Source of the DNA: Chara braunii
Lineage: Eukaryota; Plantae; Charophyceae
Assembly: GCA_003427395.1 (NCBI GenBank)
Contig: BFEA01000025.1
Span: 3,580,038-3,644,037, forward strand
Direction: 5' to 3'
DNA length: 64,000 nucleotides
Positions within the stretch are counted from its first letter, which is position 1. Each line of letters starts with the position of its first letter. Positions 38,450-51,378 of the stretch are shown here, in pieces. Both the position numbers and the translations under genes were made by a program. A model generated the notes under the pieces. That model was not told where the DNA came from. It did no database searches and saw nothing but the letters and a program-made list of their open reading frames with translations.

Positions 38450-39931
38450 ATGCCCTCATGCCCATCATATTGTGGTGCAGCTGAACTCATTCATGAGGAG
38501 TTGATGTATAATAAGGAAAACCTCAACCAACAGTGGAACATCAACTACCCCCTGCTTCGCCCTTCTAAAAAAGAACTGGTGGATGGGATTGTAACAGTCG
38601 TTCTCAACCGAACTCCTCTATATGTGTTTGTAGATGCTCTTGCTGGGACTGGCAAAACCTTCTGTATCAATACAATACTTGTTGGGGTCAAACGCCAGGA
38701 AAACTGCATTGCACTTGCCGTTGCATCCAACGATATTGCTTCACTTCTCCTTCCCGGCGGGCGTACGTTCCATTCCCGCTTCCATGTCCCCCTAACACCG
38801 GATGCTAAGACAACATTCCCCATCCCAAAGCAGAGTGAACTTGGAAGGCTTATTAGAAACACTAGACTTATAGTCTGGGATGAGGCGCCCATGACACACC
38901 GCGATCATTTGGAAGCCCTAAATATCAGGTTGAAGGATCTCTGCAACTCTGATGAGCCTTTCGGTGGCAAGGTCATGCTCCTCGCAGGTGACTTCAGACA
39001 AGTTCTCCCCGTCGTTAGGAGGGGAAGTAGGGCACAACAAATCAGCGCTTCGATGAAATCCTCACTGCTTTGGGCTCATTTTCAAACACACAGGTTGGAA
39101 GAAAATATGAGAGTCATCTGCCGTGGTAATGATGAGGTCAGTCAGAAATTCGCAGCTTTTTTGCTCCAACTGGGCGATGGAAGACATGATGTTGTTGATC
39201 CTGCAGACCCTGAAGTTGTTGAACTCCCGCGGACGATTTGCATGGATGGTGATCTTCCGAAACTTATCAGGTGGACATTCCCTAACCTTACTCACCATCT
39301 CAACGATCACGACTACCTCACGGGCAGGTTTATTTTGTGCCCAAAAAATGACGTGTGATATGCGATTAACAACCTCATTCTCGATAGCCTCCCAGAAAAA
39401 GACATCGTTCTCCTAAGCATTGACAGTACAACAATGGACTCCTCCGGTTTTAACATCCCTGTTGACTACCTCAATCAATTGAACCCATCTGGTTTACCAC
39501 CACATGTGTTCCGCATCAAAGAGGGCATTTCAATCATGCTTCTAAGGAATATCTCAACAAAAATGACAATGTGCAACGAGACTCGGCTTATTGTAAACAA
39601 ATATGTAGACGAATGACTGATCGAAGCCACAATCCTTCCGAGTCGTAAAATTGATGTCATTCCCCGCCTTACTCTTGATTCTGACAACTCGACAGGTTTC
39701 ATGTGGAAGCGCAGACAATTCCCTGTCCGTGTCGATTTTGCTATCACCATCAACAAGTCACAAGGCCAGACTGTTTCCAGGGCTGCATTATATTTGGAGA
39801 AATCAGTTTTCGGTCATGGACAATTGTACGTTGGTCTGTCACGCGCAGGACACCTTGACGACATTCGTGTTGCAATTCCCGGTGGAGGCAAAAGAACGAG
39901 AAATGTTGTATACAAAGAACTTCTATCGTGA
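38450..39931 (+). pseudogene. Helitron Pif1-family helicase, interrupted by stops
   Basis: AGTGKT; GRTFHSRF; IVWDEAPM; GDFRQVLPV; LNPSGLPPH; RRQFPV..FAITINKSQGQT; HGQLYVGLSR; TRNVVYKELL. Confidence 0.95.
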
Positions 39932-40831
39932 GTTTATCAAAAACTAGACTTCTGGATGAATGTGTTACTGAGACGATTCGTTTGGTCCTGTTGTGCTGTG
40001 TTGTGCCACATTTTTTCCCTTGTCATCCACTTCCACAGCATCTGCAGTGCCAACAAAGCCCTAACTCGCATCTGCAGCAATGTCTTGCCAGAGATTTTGC
40101 GTTGCAGATTCGCCGATCACATATGAGGAGATTGACTATGACACCAACGATATGCTTTCGTTAGATGACGACATTGATACTCTGTCCGCCTCGCGCACAA
40201 AATATCGCACGCAAGCATCAAAATCCAGCAAACGGAAAAAGACAGCTGCAAATTGTACAAGGGTCTCTTGCACCCCTGCACGAAACATGCAAACACGGAA
40301 ATCACCTCCTAAAGATCACGCCCGAAAAACGCAATCCACTCGCACACAACAACAACCCACCTACCACAGCTCAGTTCAACACGTCCAGCCTCATCGTCCT
40401 CAATTGGAAGGAGATATAGTCTACAGTCACCCAGGCAACACACTGATCCAAGAAGGTACTTATCTACGTCCATCCACTGCTCAACATGCACCTCCCACTG
40501 ACAGTCAACAAAGTCAGCCATCTCTCGATGCCCAACACGAGAGTCAAGCGCATCCCTATTCACAACATGCACACACAAAACACACTTTACTCCCTAAGAT
40601 GAATGTCAACGGCAAGCAGCCGCTTTCAACCCTGGAGCATCTCAAAATTACAGCGACCGCCACCACTGCCCCTCCTCACCGACGAATCAGCCTCATCCAA
40701 CCGAGCAGCACAAGGATTCATCCACACCTCAGCCCGCAGCAAAGTCACCCCGCCACCACCCCAAACATCTTGCACCCGCATCCCAGAAGGCTATTGACTC
40801 AACTACAAATGGCTTCCCACCCGGTGTCACC

Positions 40832-41884
40832 TTGGTGTATCATCAGTTGAATTGCAGCGAGACACCGATCTGGCTGGACAAATCTCATACTGTCAAGCTT
40901 GATCATCAGCTCAATCACAAGTTCAAGACTTGGTCAACTATTCTTGACAATGTTGGTAGACCACGTATGCTCAATAACATCCTCTTCTGTCATTTCTTAG
41001 ATCTGGGAGTCGAGCCAACAGAGCACATTTGGCCAGACTTCCTTCTCGCAAGGCCAGCCATCGAACGTTCGTTTCTCGAGTGTCCAGCCAAAGAAATTGT
41101 TGATAATGGCAATCTCGATGATGTTGACTTTCTCATAGCTCGGATCATCGAATCTGAGTACAACACCACACCGCTGCCCATTCTCATCAGTGTCTGCCGT
41201 AAGTACAAAAATATCTTGCACGATTATTTCGTTCCATTTGAAATTTATAGGTATGCAAGACTTGAATTTCTAGTTGATCAGTTTCCAAAGGAACGAAGGG
41301 TTGATAACCCGTATCCCAGAGCATGCAAAAGGTCATGTCCGCTTGCCACATACACTCCGCAGGAACATTGGGTTTCCTCGGAATATGTGAAATGGCGCAC
41401 ACGCCAATTGGAAGCGAGGAGCACAACACACCAGGACACAAACAACAATGACAACACTGCATTACAAACACCAACGAACAAAGACCTCGCAACAGTTTCA
41501 TCTCCGCCACCCGCTTCTCATCAGGTCAGACGACGTCTCTTCTTGCGACCGACTCCACCACCTTTTCCGCTTTTGCCCATGAATCCCCTGCTCAACTCCT
41601 CCCTTCCTGCAACTCAAGCTCATCTTCCGCTCTCGAACGACATTGACTGGCTGACACCATTGCAGACACTATCTCCACAACAAGCAATCAATATGCTGAC
41701 AACAATTGATGTCAATCACATGTTGCAGCAGATAAGTGCGGTGCTGGCTACAAGGATTAACAACACCAATGAATGGAGTGCACTCGAAGCCATGCTCGAC
41801 GTCGAGTACTACCGCCAAGGCCATGACGAAGTCACGACTTTTGACGAATTCAAGAGCGCTGTTGCGTCCTACATTGAGGTCTGA
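40832..41884 (+). CDS. Orphan ORF (350 aa) downstream of the helicase
   Basis: Long ORF with globular-looking N- and C-terminal parts; the C-terminal part is duplicated at ~42085-42266. Confidence 0.45.
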   Translation: MVYHQLNCSETPIWLDKSHTVKLDHQLNHKFKTWSTILDNVGRPRMLNNILFCHFLDLGVEPTEHIWPDFLLARPAIERSFLECPAKEIVDNGNLDDVDFLIARIIESEYNTTPLPILISVCRKYKNILHDYFVPFEIYRYARLEFLVDQFPKERRVDNPYPRACKRSCPLATYTPQEHWVSSEYVKWRTRQLEARSTTHQDTNNNDNTALQTPTNKDLATVSSPPPASHQVRRRLFLRPTPPPFPLLPMNPLLNSSLPATQAHLPLSNDIDWLTPLQTLSPQQAINMLTTIDVNHMLQQISAVLATRINNTNEWSALEAMLDVEYYRQGHDEVTTFDEFKSAVASYIEV

Positions 41885-42548
41885 GAGGAAAGAGTGAGGC
41901 ATGGCAAGCTGGCAGTCAATCCTCCACCAAGGTGGAGCAATCAATGTTGCTCAGGGGTGCTTCAACCAGATGGAAGGAAGCGTGGGTGGTTCTTATTGTA
42001 ATGTCTATTCTGACTTGCCGGTGGCATAGGAACCGGACTGATGCTAAGGAGCCAGAACCATAAGGTCCTCTTTTTGTTCGATACGCTAACAACAATTGAT
42101 GCCAATCACAGATTGCAACAGATAAGTGCGGTGCTGGCTACAATGATTGAAAACACCAATGAATGGAGTGCACTCGAAGCCATGATCTACGTCGACTACT
42201 ATCGCCAAGGCCATGACGAAGTCACGACTTTTGACGAATTCAAGAGCGCTGTTACATCCTACATTGCACTCCATGAGAAATTGTGCGGTTCTGGTTTAGG
42301 GGTTAGGGTTTAGGTGGCATGGATCTGGTTATCAGTTCTGAGAGGAAAGAGTGAGGCATGACAAGCTGGCAGTCAATCCTCCACCAAGGTGGAGCAATCA
42401 ATGCTGCTAAGGGGTACTTCAGCCAGATGGAAGGAAGCATGGGTGGTTCTTATTGCAATATTTATTACGACTTACCGGTGGCATAGGAACCAGACTGATG
42501 CTCCTTAAAATGGAAAGGAGTCAGGACCATAAGGTCCTCTTTTTGTTC
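41695..42548. repeat. Tandem duplication (~390 bp x2); the second copy carries a ~70 bp insertion
   Basis: aacaattgatg..gataagtgcggtgctggctacaa..ccataaggtcctctttttgttc occurs twice. Confidence 0.92.
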
Positions 42549-43588
42549 AAAAAAAAAAAAAAAAAGGACTATATACGCACTGAAAGAACTCAATCCATGC
42601 TTCGATCACTATGGTGTTGCTACTGCACAATTCATACACTGTATAGTCTGTATTGTCATGGAAATTTAAACTGCATTGCGATTTGGACCTCACTTCTCAT
42701 CACCCATCATGCTCATACCACTGTATGCAACCTTTCGCCTATACCTTACCTGCTTGACCTTTTTTACCATAGTAACTATTCACTGTCGTGTGCTCAAATG
42801 TCAACCTAACCTACAACAATATTTAAAACAACTTTATCACGCAGGCGAAGTTGTGCTGGCCTCCCGTCTTGTTATTTATAAAATTTTATATGATAGACTT
42901 CTTTTGTGAGCATGTTTATCCCTGTGCCTTGTGCGATCTATCAACTACTCTGTCTATCTTAACAAAACCAATACATGGCACTTGCACCACGCACCATGAT
43001 GAATGATTTGCACGTTATGCACACGACATTCACGGATTAGATTCTCATTCCCAAGGATAGACCTTCCCCCCCTCGGGAGCGAGGTTCAAACAATGAAATA
43101 CACAAAAAGTGAAAAAAACGCAAAGAAAAAGAAAGCAATTACAAAAGCGAAAACTAATGATGAACCTCCCAACGCTTACTTACCTGCCAGGTACTTACTT
43201 CGGGCGCTTGGCTCTCCAATATGGTGGGGGTCCAAGCAGAATAAAGCTAGGGAGATATCACGGACACCTGGGTCACACCCGGTTTGGTGACTGGGTGATC
43301 GGTCGGGCATGACCCCTCGACATGTGCCCACGCAGCCCCAGCGCGAAAAAAGAAAAAGAAACTGAAGAAAAAAAACCTCCAAAAAAATTTGATAAACAAT
43401 ATGTTAGGTAGAATTGCAATACAGACAACTTTTGGCCGAGGGTCACATCAGAAATCCTCACGGAACTGAAGACACACTAAGGCACCCCCCTTTAAAGTTT
43501 AAACCCATTTAGCCCCTTCAAAATTCATGTATACTCCCCTTTCCCACCCTTGACAGCCAACTGTTAAAAAAAAGATAAGAGCCCGGAT

Positions 43589-44428
43589 TTGGGCTCCACT
43601 CGGAGCTCGTTGGGTGCAAACAGGCGACTTGTGGTCGGTATTCCTCTCGTTGAAGACGTGTCCTTATTCCTGGCATACAAGAAAGGGGACGGGAAGTCAC
43701 TGGCAAGGGCGGTGGCTATCCGGGCCCGGGGTAAGTTTGAAAAAGCCTACCCTGAGAATCTGACCCTGAAACGAACCGATGATGGAAAAGGCACCTGGGA
43801 CTTCCTAGGGTGCCGATTGAGGGTGAGGCAAAATTCCCCGTTCTTGGGTAGCATGTGAAAGATCAGGCTACAATCTGGGCTGACAAGCCGCTGGTGATAC
43901 GGACCGGACAAGACTTTAAGTCTTGGACTGACAGAAAACAGAAGATAGCGGCGGTCACTGGCTGCCTGCACCGGTTGGACAGAAATAGCACCGAACGTGG
44001 ACTGATTCCATTCCAGGTGCTTCTCGTGAGAAGAGAGTTTCGGGCGAAAGGATTCCCAGATGAGTTTTTCCATTAGGTACTCGATGATTTCGCGACACGG
44101 AAGGATGTGGCCTGGAAGTTGACAGCCCAATTGTTAAGGCTGTCGTGATTTTCTGATACTCCTGTAGGACTTGGGTCCATTACATTCGCAGTTCACCTAG
44201 CTGCGAATTTGGGGCCGATCCGTCTTTCCTTAGTTGTTTTTTTATTTTCGAAGTTTTTATTTTTGAAGTTTCCACTGCTGGGTTTTCAAGAACTCCCCAC
44301 CAATAGAATGGAGCCATCAACCCTGCGAGGCCTGCTAGAGGAGGATGCTCTTACCAACTCCTGCTTGCAGGTGCTCTCGCGCCAATGATGTTTCCCGAAG
44401 AAAAAAAAAAAAGAAAAAAAAGAAAAAA
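43589..44428 (+). mobile_element. Penelope-like element, 3' RT fragment with 3' UTR and A-rich tail
   Basis: LVEDV (decayed xxDD), YPENLTL, WDFLG, S...K...LHR...S...GFP thumb pattern; the ORF ends at 44148 with no GIY-YIG domain. Confidence 0.65.
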
Positions 44429-45439
44429 TTCTAGTTTGTCCTGTAGTGAATAGCGTTAAGGGGGAAGTACATTTTGCTATCCTTGGGAACCATAGGAATT
44501 GACGAAGTTGACAAACGAAGTAGTACAGTAAGATAGTATATAGTGATTAGGCTATAGGGGTATCCTCCTCTTTGGCAACGAAGCGGAGGTATGCGACTGG
44601 TTCGTCACATGGCGACCAGCCAGCGTACTACACGATAGGGTGAGTGGAAAGAAGGTGTCAATATCGGGAGGATGACTGGTGTGTAACTTGAGGAAGAGAG
44701 TTTAGCACGGAAAATCGCTACCACTGCGAACTTCTGTTCTAATAAAGTTTATTTGTTGCCAATTGTTAGACACTATGTGTTTTTTGAAGAACTAGGTGTT
44801 CGACTACGAATCGAGTGTGATATGCAAATAGATCTTCTTCTAGAACACGGAAAGATCCATCACCAACCTTCCTCAAATCTTCCCGGCACCCTTTTCCCTC
44901 ATATCTTTAGGTACACTCCGCCATTCGCCATTCCGCCTCCATCGATCAATTCACACCATACTAAACCCCCTACGCGGAAACGGGCGAGATATGTTTTTTT
45001 CGCTCCGCCATATCGATCAACTTGACACCTTTGTGCACCTTGTGTTTCTTCTACCTCCCCATACAACATTCCACTCACCAAACTGATTCTACCATCGAGC
45101 TCACCCGACCTCAAAACCCCAGGCAAGTGCTTTGGTTCGTCTAACTCCGTTAAGAATTGGGCAAGCTACACGGTTTCTGCTCCGCCATGCCCATGTTCTT
45201 CCTTGCCTTCATTTGTTCTTCATCGCCTTATTGTTGACCTCACCATGCTCTGTTCACTGAGGGGTCCCACTAGTGGTTGTTCCAATAGTATTACGACCGA
45301 AAAAGCGAAAAAGTTGTTCTCTTTCTTTTCTACACGAAATTTATGATCCCGTTGAGCTCATCCTCGGACACCTTCCTTCGTTATCTCCTACATCTTTATT
45401 CCGATTTTTACAGATGTCCCGAAGGACCAAGTTGTGGGT

Positions 45440-45765
45440 TGCGATCTCGAAGTGTCATCAGCGTGCTAACCGACCCTTTGTGATCCAGAATTGCAATATT
45501 TTACTCATCTGCTTTCAATAGAGTTCGAACTTAGGTGTATATTTCAACACTTCATGGGTATACCAACCGAGCTAGGGCCGTTGGTACCACAACCAGCCCC
45601 AGAGGGCCAAGGTTGAGGTCACGGCCTTGAGATATCATCGAGGAGCTGACCAGTCATAGGCAGTCCAGAACTGCAGTATTTACTCATCAATGACCAATGG
45701 AGACCGAACTGAGGTCTGTATTTCAAAAGTTCAACAGTGTACCAACTAAGCTATGCCAGTTGGCC
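45440..45765 (-). mobile_element. Two adjacent family A SINE copies
   Basis: Repeated ttactcatc..gaact..gtatttcaa..ttca..taccaac.gagcta; cggccttgagatatcatc tail. Confidence 0.75.
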
Positions 45766-48700
45766 CCATGTCGGTCACGTACCAGTACCATAACGGGTAC
45801 CGTGTCCCAAAAGGAAAACAAGACACTGAATTAAAAACATAAAGAGAAGAAAACAAAACGAAAAGATAAGAAAAAGGAGAGGGGGAGGGACCATTGGCGC
45901 CTCCTTGGTCCTGCTGATCGGGCCTGAGGTCGGGACCGTGGACGGGACCGTGGACAAAACCGAGGGGGATAGCCTCGCCAGACCCTCAACCCCTCGGTTT
46001 CCTTCAAGCTACTTCGCCACTCCCGTGTCTCCCTCTACTCACTTCGATCCTTGAATTTGCTTGGTGAAGGTCGGACATCGTAATCTAGAGGGCTAAGCCC
46101 AAGTCTGAGTAGGCCAAACGCCAAATTCTCCATAGGTGGGATTGGCACTGTGGCCGAGTCTGCGAAAAGGCACCTAGGTCATACCTTCATACGGGCAATC
46201 ACGATGCCTTACCACACCACATGTTACACGACTCAAATAAAATTTAAAGTAGCCACCTCTATAAAATCTGCGGCATCGGTAGTTGGACCTGACGCCGGTC
46301 ATAGCAATGCTGCCTTCGTGTTCGCGCACGACGCATGCGCCGCCGTTAAACATAACTGACCAAAGAAAAAAATCACTTAAGCCTAGTTTAATAAAAAACA
46401 AAGATTGGTCGGTAATTGTGCTGGCTTTACAATCATCAACAAGAAAAAGCGATCGCACGCGCCTTCAAAGCAACGCGCCCACTCACTCTCTATTCTCCCT
46501 CTGAACACATAAGTGGTCACAAAAAGGAAAATCGGTCGTGGCTCACATGACGCGCCCAACTTTCGCTCCCAATTTCCAGATAAATTTTTTTTTCTCGTCA
46601 CTTGCAAAACTAAGGCGGATACCCTTGTAAAGGCATTCGCACCGACAACGGTCTTCATCTTTCTCTTTCGTGTCTCCCTTCTCCCTTCATTCTTTATAAT
46701 CCGTATTTTTGTTTACATCGTTCCTTCCTCCCCCTCTCCACGTAACTCACTCTAACAAGTATAGTAGTCTTTTTTTTTCTCTTTCGTGTCTCTCTTCTCT
46801 CTTTATTATTTATTATCCATGTTTCTTTAACACTGTCTTTCTTGAATGAGTTTTCCTCTCCTATTCACTTCATCTCAAAGTTCTTGGCGAGTCAAGATAG
46901 TCGTGTAGACTGTATCGTTATGTGGTGAGCTACGACCCTCACACCACGGTTCAATCATCTATGAGTCACTTCGTTGCCTCACCATGAATCCATTTTCCTC
47001 CTTTCTCCTTTTTCCTTTGTATACACACAAGTTCTCCCATCTGTGCAATTATAAAGTTGACAAGCGTGTTTTTTTTTCTCTTTCTCGTGTTTCAAGCCAA
47101 TGCAAATGGAGTGGCTAGCAAGCTCAGTGGTTAGCGAGTCGAAAAATCTTGATGTGTCATAACGGTCAGATGAGGTCGATGCATTGCTACGACATATTAT
47201 AGGACACGATTGGATCTGCGTGGTGGTTAGACTGATGCACTAATGATCGGTAAGTGATGGACCGGTCCATAATGACAAATTATTGGCGTCCGAGCAAACT
47301 GTGGTTGAATTGGTGGGTTGCGACATATTTGTCACGTGTATGAAAGAGGGGAAGTGCGGGGTAACACACTTCCCGTTTTCTTAGATGATATGTTTAATTG
47401 ATGTGGATAGTGATAACGCTTCTTTAAATTATTTTCGATTATTTTATATCTTTATGTATTGGAATAGTAATGTCACAAATGATTGTTGAGTCGTCTTTTC
47501 TTTGAGCTCTTTTTGCACATATATGGATATAATTGATGACAAGAATGAGACGAACTGCACGACTAATAAATGCCTTTATCATGAGTATTGGTAAGAGTTT
47601 TGATGTTTGAACGATGTTTGCTTACTCGCACATGTTCTGTATGAAGAAAGACGTCAAGTGAATCTTGTACCTTTACGTGTCTAACGAACGCACGATAGCC
47701 TTTCCATGTAGCGTGGAACGACCACATGTTTATGTATGGGACATGCGTAAGGTTGCGGCTTGGATCCATCATCCTTACCTCTTTCCTAATGATTTGCAAC
47801 ACTTAGCTTTTATCAGTTCCCGATTTATGATTTTGGATACGTTTTTGCTCCTTATCGAATTTTGTTGCAATATAATAAACTCACTTTAATTCCTTGGCCC
47901 CCCATAGCCCCTCACCGACCTTGAATCTTGTGCTTGGAGTGTAGAAGCGATTCAAGCGATGAGTGGCTCCGTGAACGAGAGTTCGTTTACATGCCTCATA
48001 GAAAAGCAAAATTAGCAGGATGAATATGGCGGTTGCGACCATTGAACTCCAACTCTGGGTTGTGTGAGACACATAAGGAAGTCATCGTTCGTGACTGAGA
48101 CTTTGCTTACACACCCCGGCCTTTCAACTAGTAAAACGGCAATGGAGGACCTCATGCAACCTCATTAATTTTTTAATTTGTGACGCTCATTTTCATAATG
48201 TCTGCTCAATTTTGATTGGTTTTAGCCTCTGCGGCAAACAACTTCCTTTCCCCCTTTTCGCCATAACTCGGTTCCAACGCAACCAACATAGGAGCCCTGA
48301 CTTTTGCACTTTCCTAGACCCTCCCTATCCACGGCTAAAGGAAGACATCATCGGGCTTGAAGTTTCCTTGCGGGTCACACCCTAGTGTTCGGCCGAGCAC
48401 CGTAATGTTTTGGGGGGAATTGACATTTCAAAACGTTCGTGATAACACTAACTAGGTGGTATTCTCTCTCAAGTTCACCTTTTTACCAGCTCCCTACCCT
48501 ACTACTCCTGAGCCGTTGCAAGGGACCCCTGCAAGCACAACTACTCTCTCAATCAAGGGGATGCATGTTGCCCACGTCCTAATTGACTGCGGGTAGGGAA
48601 CTAGGTCAGGCTGGCTAATGTAAAGACAACATTTTGCCAGTCTTATGCCTCTCGTATACTTCCCCATCGAGTAACAACAGTGTCTGTAAGCGAATAGTTT

Positions 48701-49299
48701 CCCACACACCACACACAATCCCCCCTTCCCTACCCTCTACACCCCCCCTCCTTTCCCCTCCCCTCCCCCGGGCCCCCACACATACAAGATCACTTTTCTT
48801 TAGGGTAGTGCTAACTCTGGGCGACATGGTGAGTCCTTATCCATCATTCAAATGCATCCTCGACAGACTGTCAGGGTTCAACCTCCTCATGAGTTGGTGA
48901 AACAGTATGGGACAAATGTGTTTTTGTTTTTGTGGTGTCAGTGCGAATACCCTTACAAGGGTATCCACCCTGTTTTTTTTTTGCAGGCGAGACAGAAGAC
49001 AGATGCACAGTTGGAGCCCTGCTGAGAGCCGACCCCAGAGTTGATGGTAGAGGTTGTCCGGACACCCGAGTGAGCGGTAGGAGGTGTGATGAGCCATGTG
49101 CCTGAGTTTGACCCTGTGGCGGAGCGTCAGACGGCTACGGAAGAGAGAGTAGATTTTAGGACACAGGAGGAGGAACAATCCGCTATGACTTTTAGAGAGT
49201 TGGAGGCTCATCTTGAGCCATCAAAGTGTCCTGCTTCATAGGCATGCCCCACCCCACCTCAGGAGGCCGTTGTACAGGGTCCAACATGAGAGAGTGAGG

Positions 49300-50080
49300 A
49301 AGCCCGACGCATGGAAGCCAGTAAGGTGATCGATGTGCACCTTGCAACCAACATGCAGGACGAGGCAGTTATCATGGAGGCGCCACGACTTAAGCTACAT
49401 CCCGAGGAGCCACATATTGGGGAGCAGAGTCGAGGTGAGGCCCCAGGACAGACGGCACAGACGAGACCAGTGGGAGAGACCCCAGAGGAGAGACAAACCA
49501 GAGTGCCTGCATGACTGGCCGAGATAGCACAAAGGAGAGAGAGGATAGAGGCAGCAGGGATGTTTTAGGACGAGCGAGCAGAGGATTGATGATATGTGGG
49601 CTAGGTATGAGAGCCAACGGGATATAGCTCACCAGAGGTCACGGCATCCGGAGCAGAAGGAGCGTGAGTCAGCCACGACAGGAGCCCCAGATGTGCGAAA
49701 GATCGTACAGGACGTGCTCACACAGTTGGGAGTTAGGAAAGAGCGGGTGGTTCAAAGAAAGGTTGTGACTGTTGTCCAAGGGAAAGGAAAGGAGTCGGCA
49801 CAAGTGGAAGTCGAAGAAGAAGAGTATGAGGAAGAGGAGGAGCCAGAGCCCCAATGTTTAACTAAGGCACAACGGAAGTAAGCGCAATCTTGCGCTAAGG
49901 GGAGAAGGCTCAGGAAAAGGGCAAGTGCCTCAGGTTTTGGCTGCAGCCCAACCTGAAGTGGGAACCCTGTCAAGTGGGGTGGGACCCTCGCAGATGGGTC
50001 CGCAGTTTTATGGGCATTGGCCATCTTTTGGTCCAATGGGACCATGGGCAATGTATAATCCGTATATGCCTTGGGCAGAG
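49300..50080 (+). mobile_element. Probable decayed LTR-retrotransposon gag-region fragment
   Basis: Broken ORF with KGKGK, an E-rich stretch and a P/G/W-rich segment; no decisive motif. Confidence 0.4.
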
Positions 50081-50460
50081 GTAAAGTTGTGCCTCACGTG
50101 GCCCCTATTCTGTCGTAGGAGTTCGCGAGAGGTGCGGCTGGCGCACTCGGCCGGAGCGGCGAAAGCTCCACTGCGAAGAAGTCTTGCAAAATCCTGCGTG
50201 ATGCGGCCAGGAGGGTCCCCCCGCGGGACTGATGCCCTCGACAGTGGTGTATAGCGAACATGACAACACACACACCCTTGTTGGCTGAAGACCCTACCAA
50301 TACCGACCACTGCAGGGGGAGCAAGCCAACTATCTCAGTTGGTTGGCAACAAGCATACCCAAGGTGGTTGTCCTTATTGAACACATGACCTGCTGAATGG
50401 CACTTGCATGCCTGACGAAATGAGCAAGGCCACTTGCTTGGTACCACTTTTTCTTTTTTT

Positions 50461-50655
50461 GGGAAACTATGCGGGAGTCACAAAAATGAGTTATAATTGC
50501 ACTATGAGCCAAGATACAGTTTCGAATTGCAGTTCGGGTAATGTATACAACCCAGCTTTCTGGCCAGTTAGGGTGCCTGAAGTGCAATTGCAAACTGTAT
50601 CTTGGCCCATAGTGTAATTATAACTCGTTTTTGCGACTCTATTGAAGTTACCCCT
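50461..50655. mobile_element. Foldback MITE with ~70 bp TIRs (Mutator-like); extra TIR copy at 50812-50875
   Basis: gagtcacaaaaatgagttataattgcactatgagccaagatacagttt and its near reverse complement. Confidence 0.7.
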
Positions 50656-51182
50656 AAATTTTTATTTTTAAGTAAGCTATATTCTTCTCTCATCTATCTC
50701 ATCTTCTTGCTAGTACTCATCTATCTCATCCTCTCGGGTACCGGGGGTACGGTTGGTTGGTTTTCCCCGGGTACCCCTCATTTTGCCTTCTCTTTTGCTT
50801 TTGTTTTTCTTGGGGAAACTATGCGGGAGTCACAAAAATGAGTTATAATTGCACTACGGGCGAAGATACAGTTTAGGGTTTTGAGGAGACCTACAGAGCG
50901 CTGAGGCTGTGGAGGCTGGATGGATTTGAGGGTGGGATTAGGGGATTCCGTGGTATGATGCGAGTCAACTACACCCCAAATTTAGAGTGGTTTGGGTGGT
51001 TTGCAGGGCCATGTGAGTATGCCCTGGAGTATGCCATGAGCAAGGCAACCATGGGACCAGCTCATGCCACACTGTCCTGCTAGGAATCGGAGCGGAAAAC
51101 TAGAATTCATCTGTTTACCATGGTTTCTTTTTCTTTTTTTTTTCTTTTTTGAGAAGGGCGACGGCCTTGAGATATCATCATT

Positions 51183-51332
51183 GTGATATTCGAGGGCATT
51201 TGGCTTGGCTGGTGCCGTAAGCTAAACTGGCTGATGCTGCCAGGATAACTCCGGGTAGAATTGTGGGGACCCCGGCCCTAACTCCGTTTGCAATATATGA
51301 GTCGAGACTGAAAAAAGAAAAAAAAAAAAAGA
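51183..51332 (+). mobile_element. Poly(A)-tailed retroposon 3' fragment
   Basis: A-tail and 13-bp TSD agatatcatcatt. Confidence 0.75.
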
Positions 51333-51378
51333 AGATATCATCATTAAGCTGACCGGCCCGGCAGCCCTAGGCAATTCA

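Larger units (their letters stand above)
25467..42871 (+). mobile_element. Decayed autonomous-type Helitron (~17.4 kb; ends tentative)
   Basis: Contains RepHel. Candidate 5' end A|TCTAC..AATTAAAA at 25467; candidate 3' decayed hairpin (42838-42859) followed by CTTG|T, close to CTRR. The interior is nearly free of the microsatellites and MITEs seen elsewhere. Confidence 0.6.

Noticed and set aside
38450-39931. Host PIF1 gene or active Helitron
   Set aside because: It is fused to Rep, lacks introns, and has multiple stops and frameshifts plus the HUH deletion.
43176-43200. U1 snRNA 5' end (acttacctg)
   Set aside because: Only about 9 nt match, with no downstream U1 similarity.
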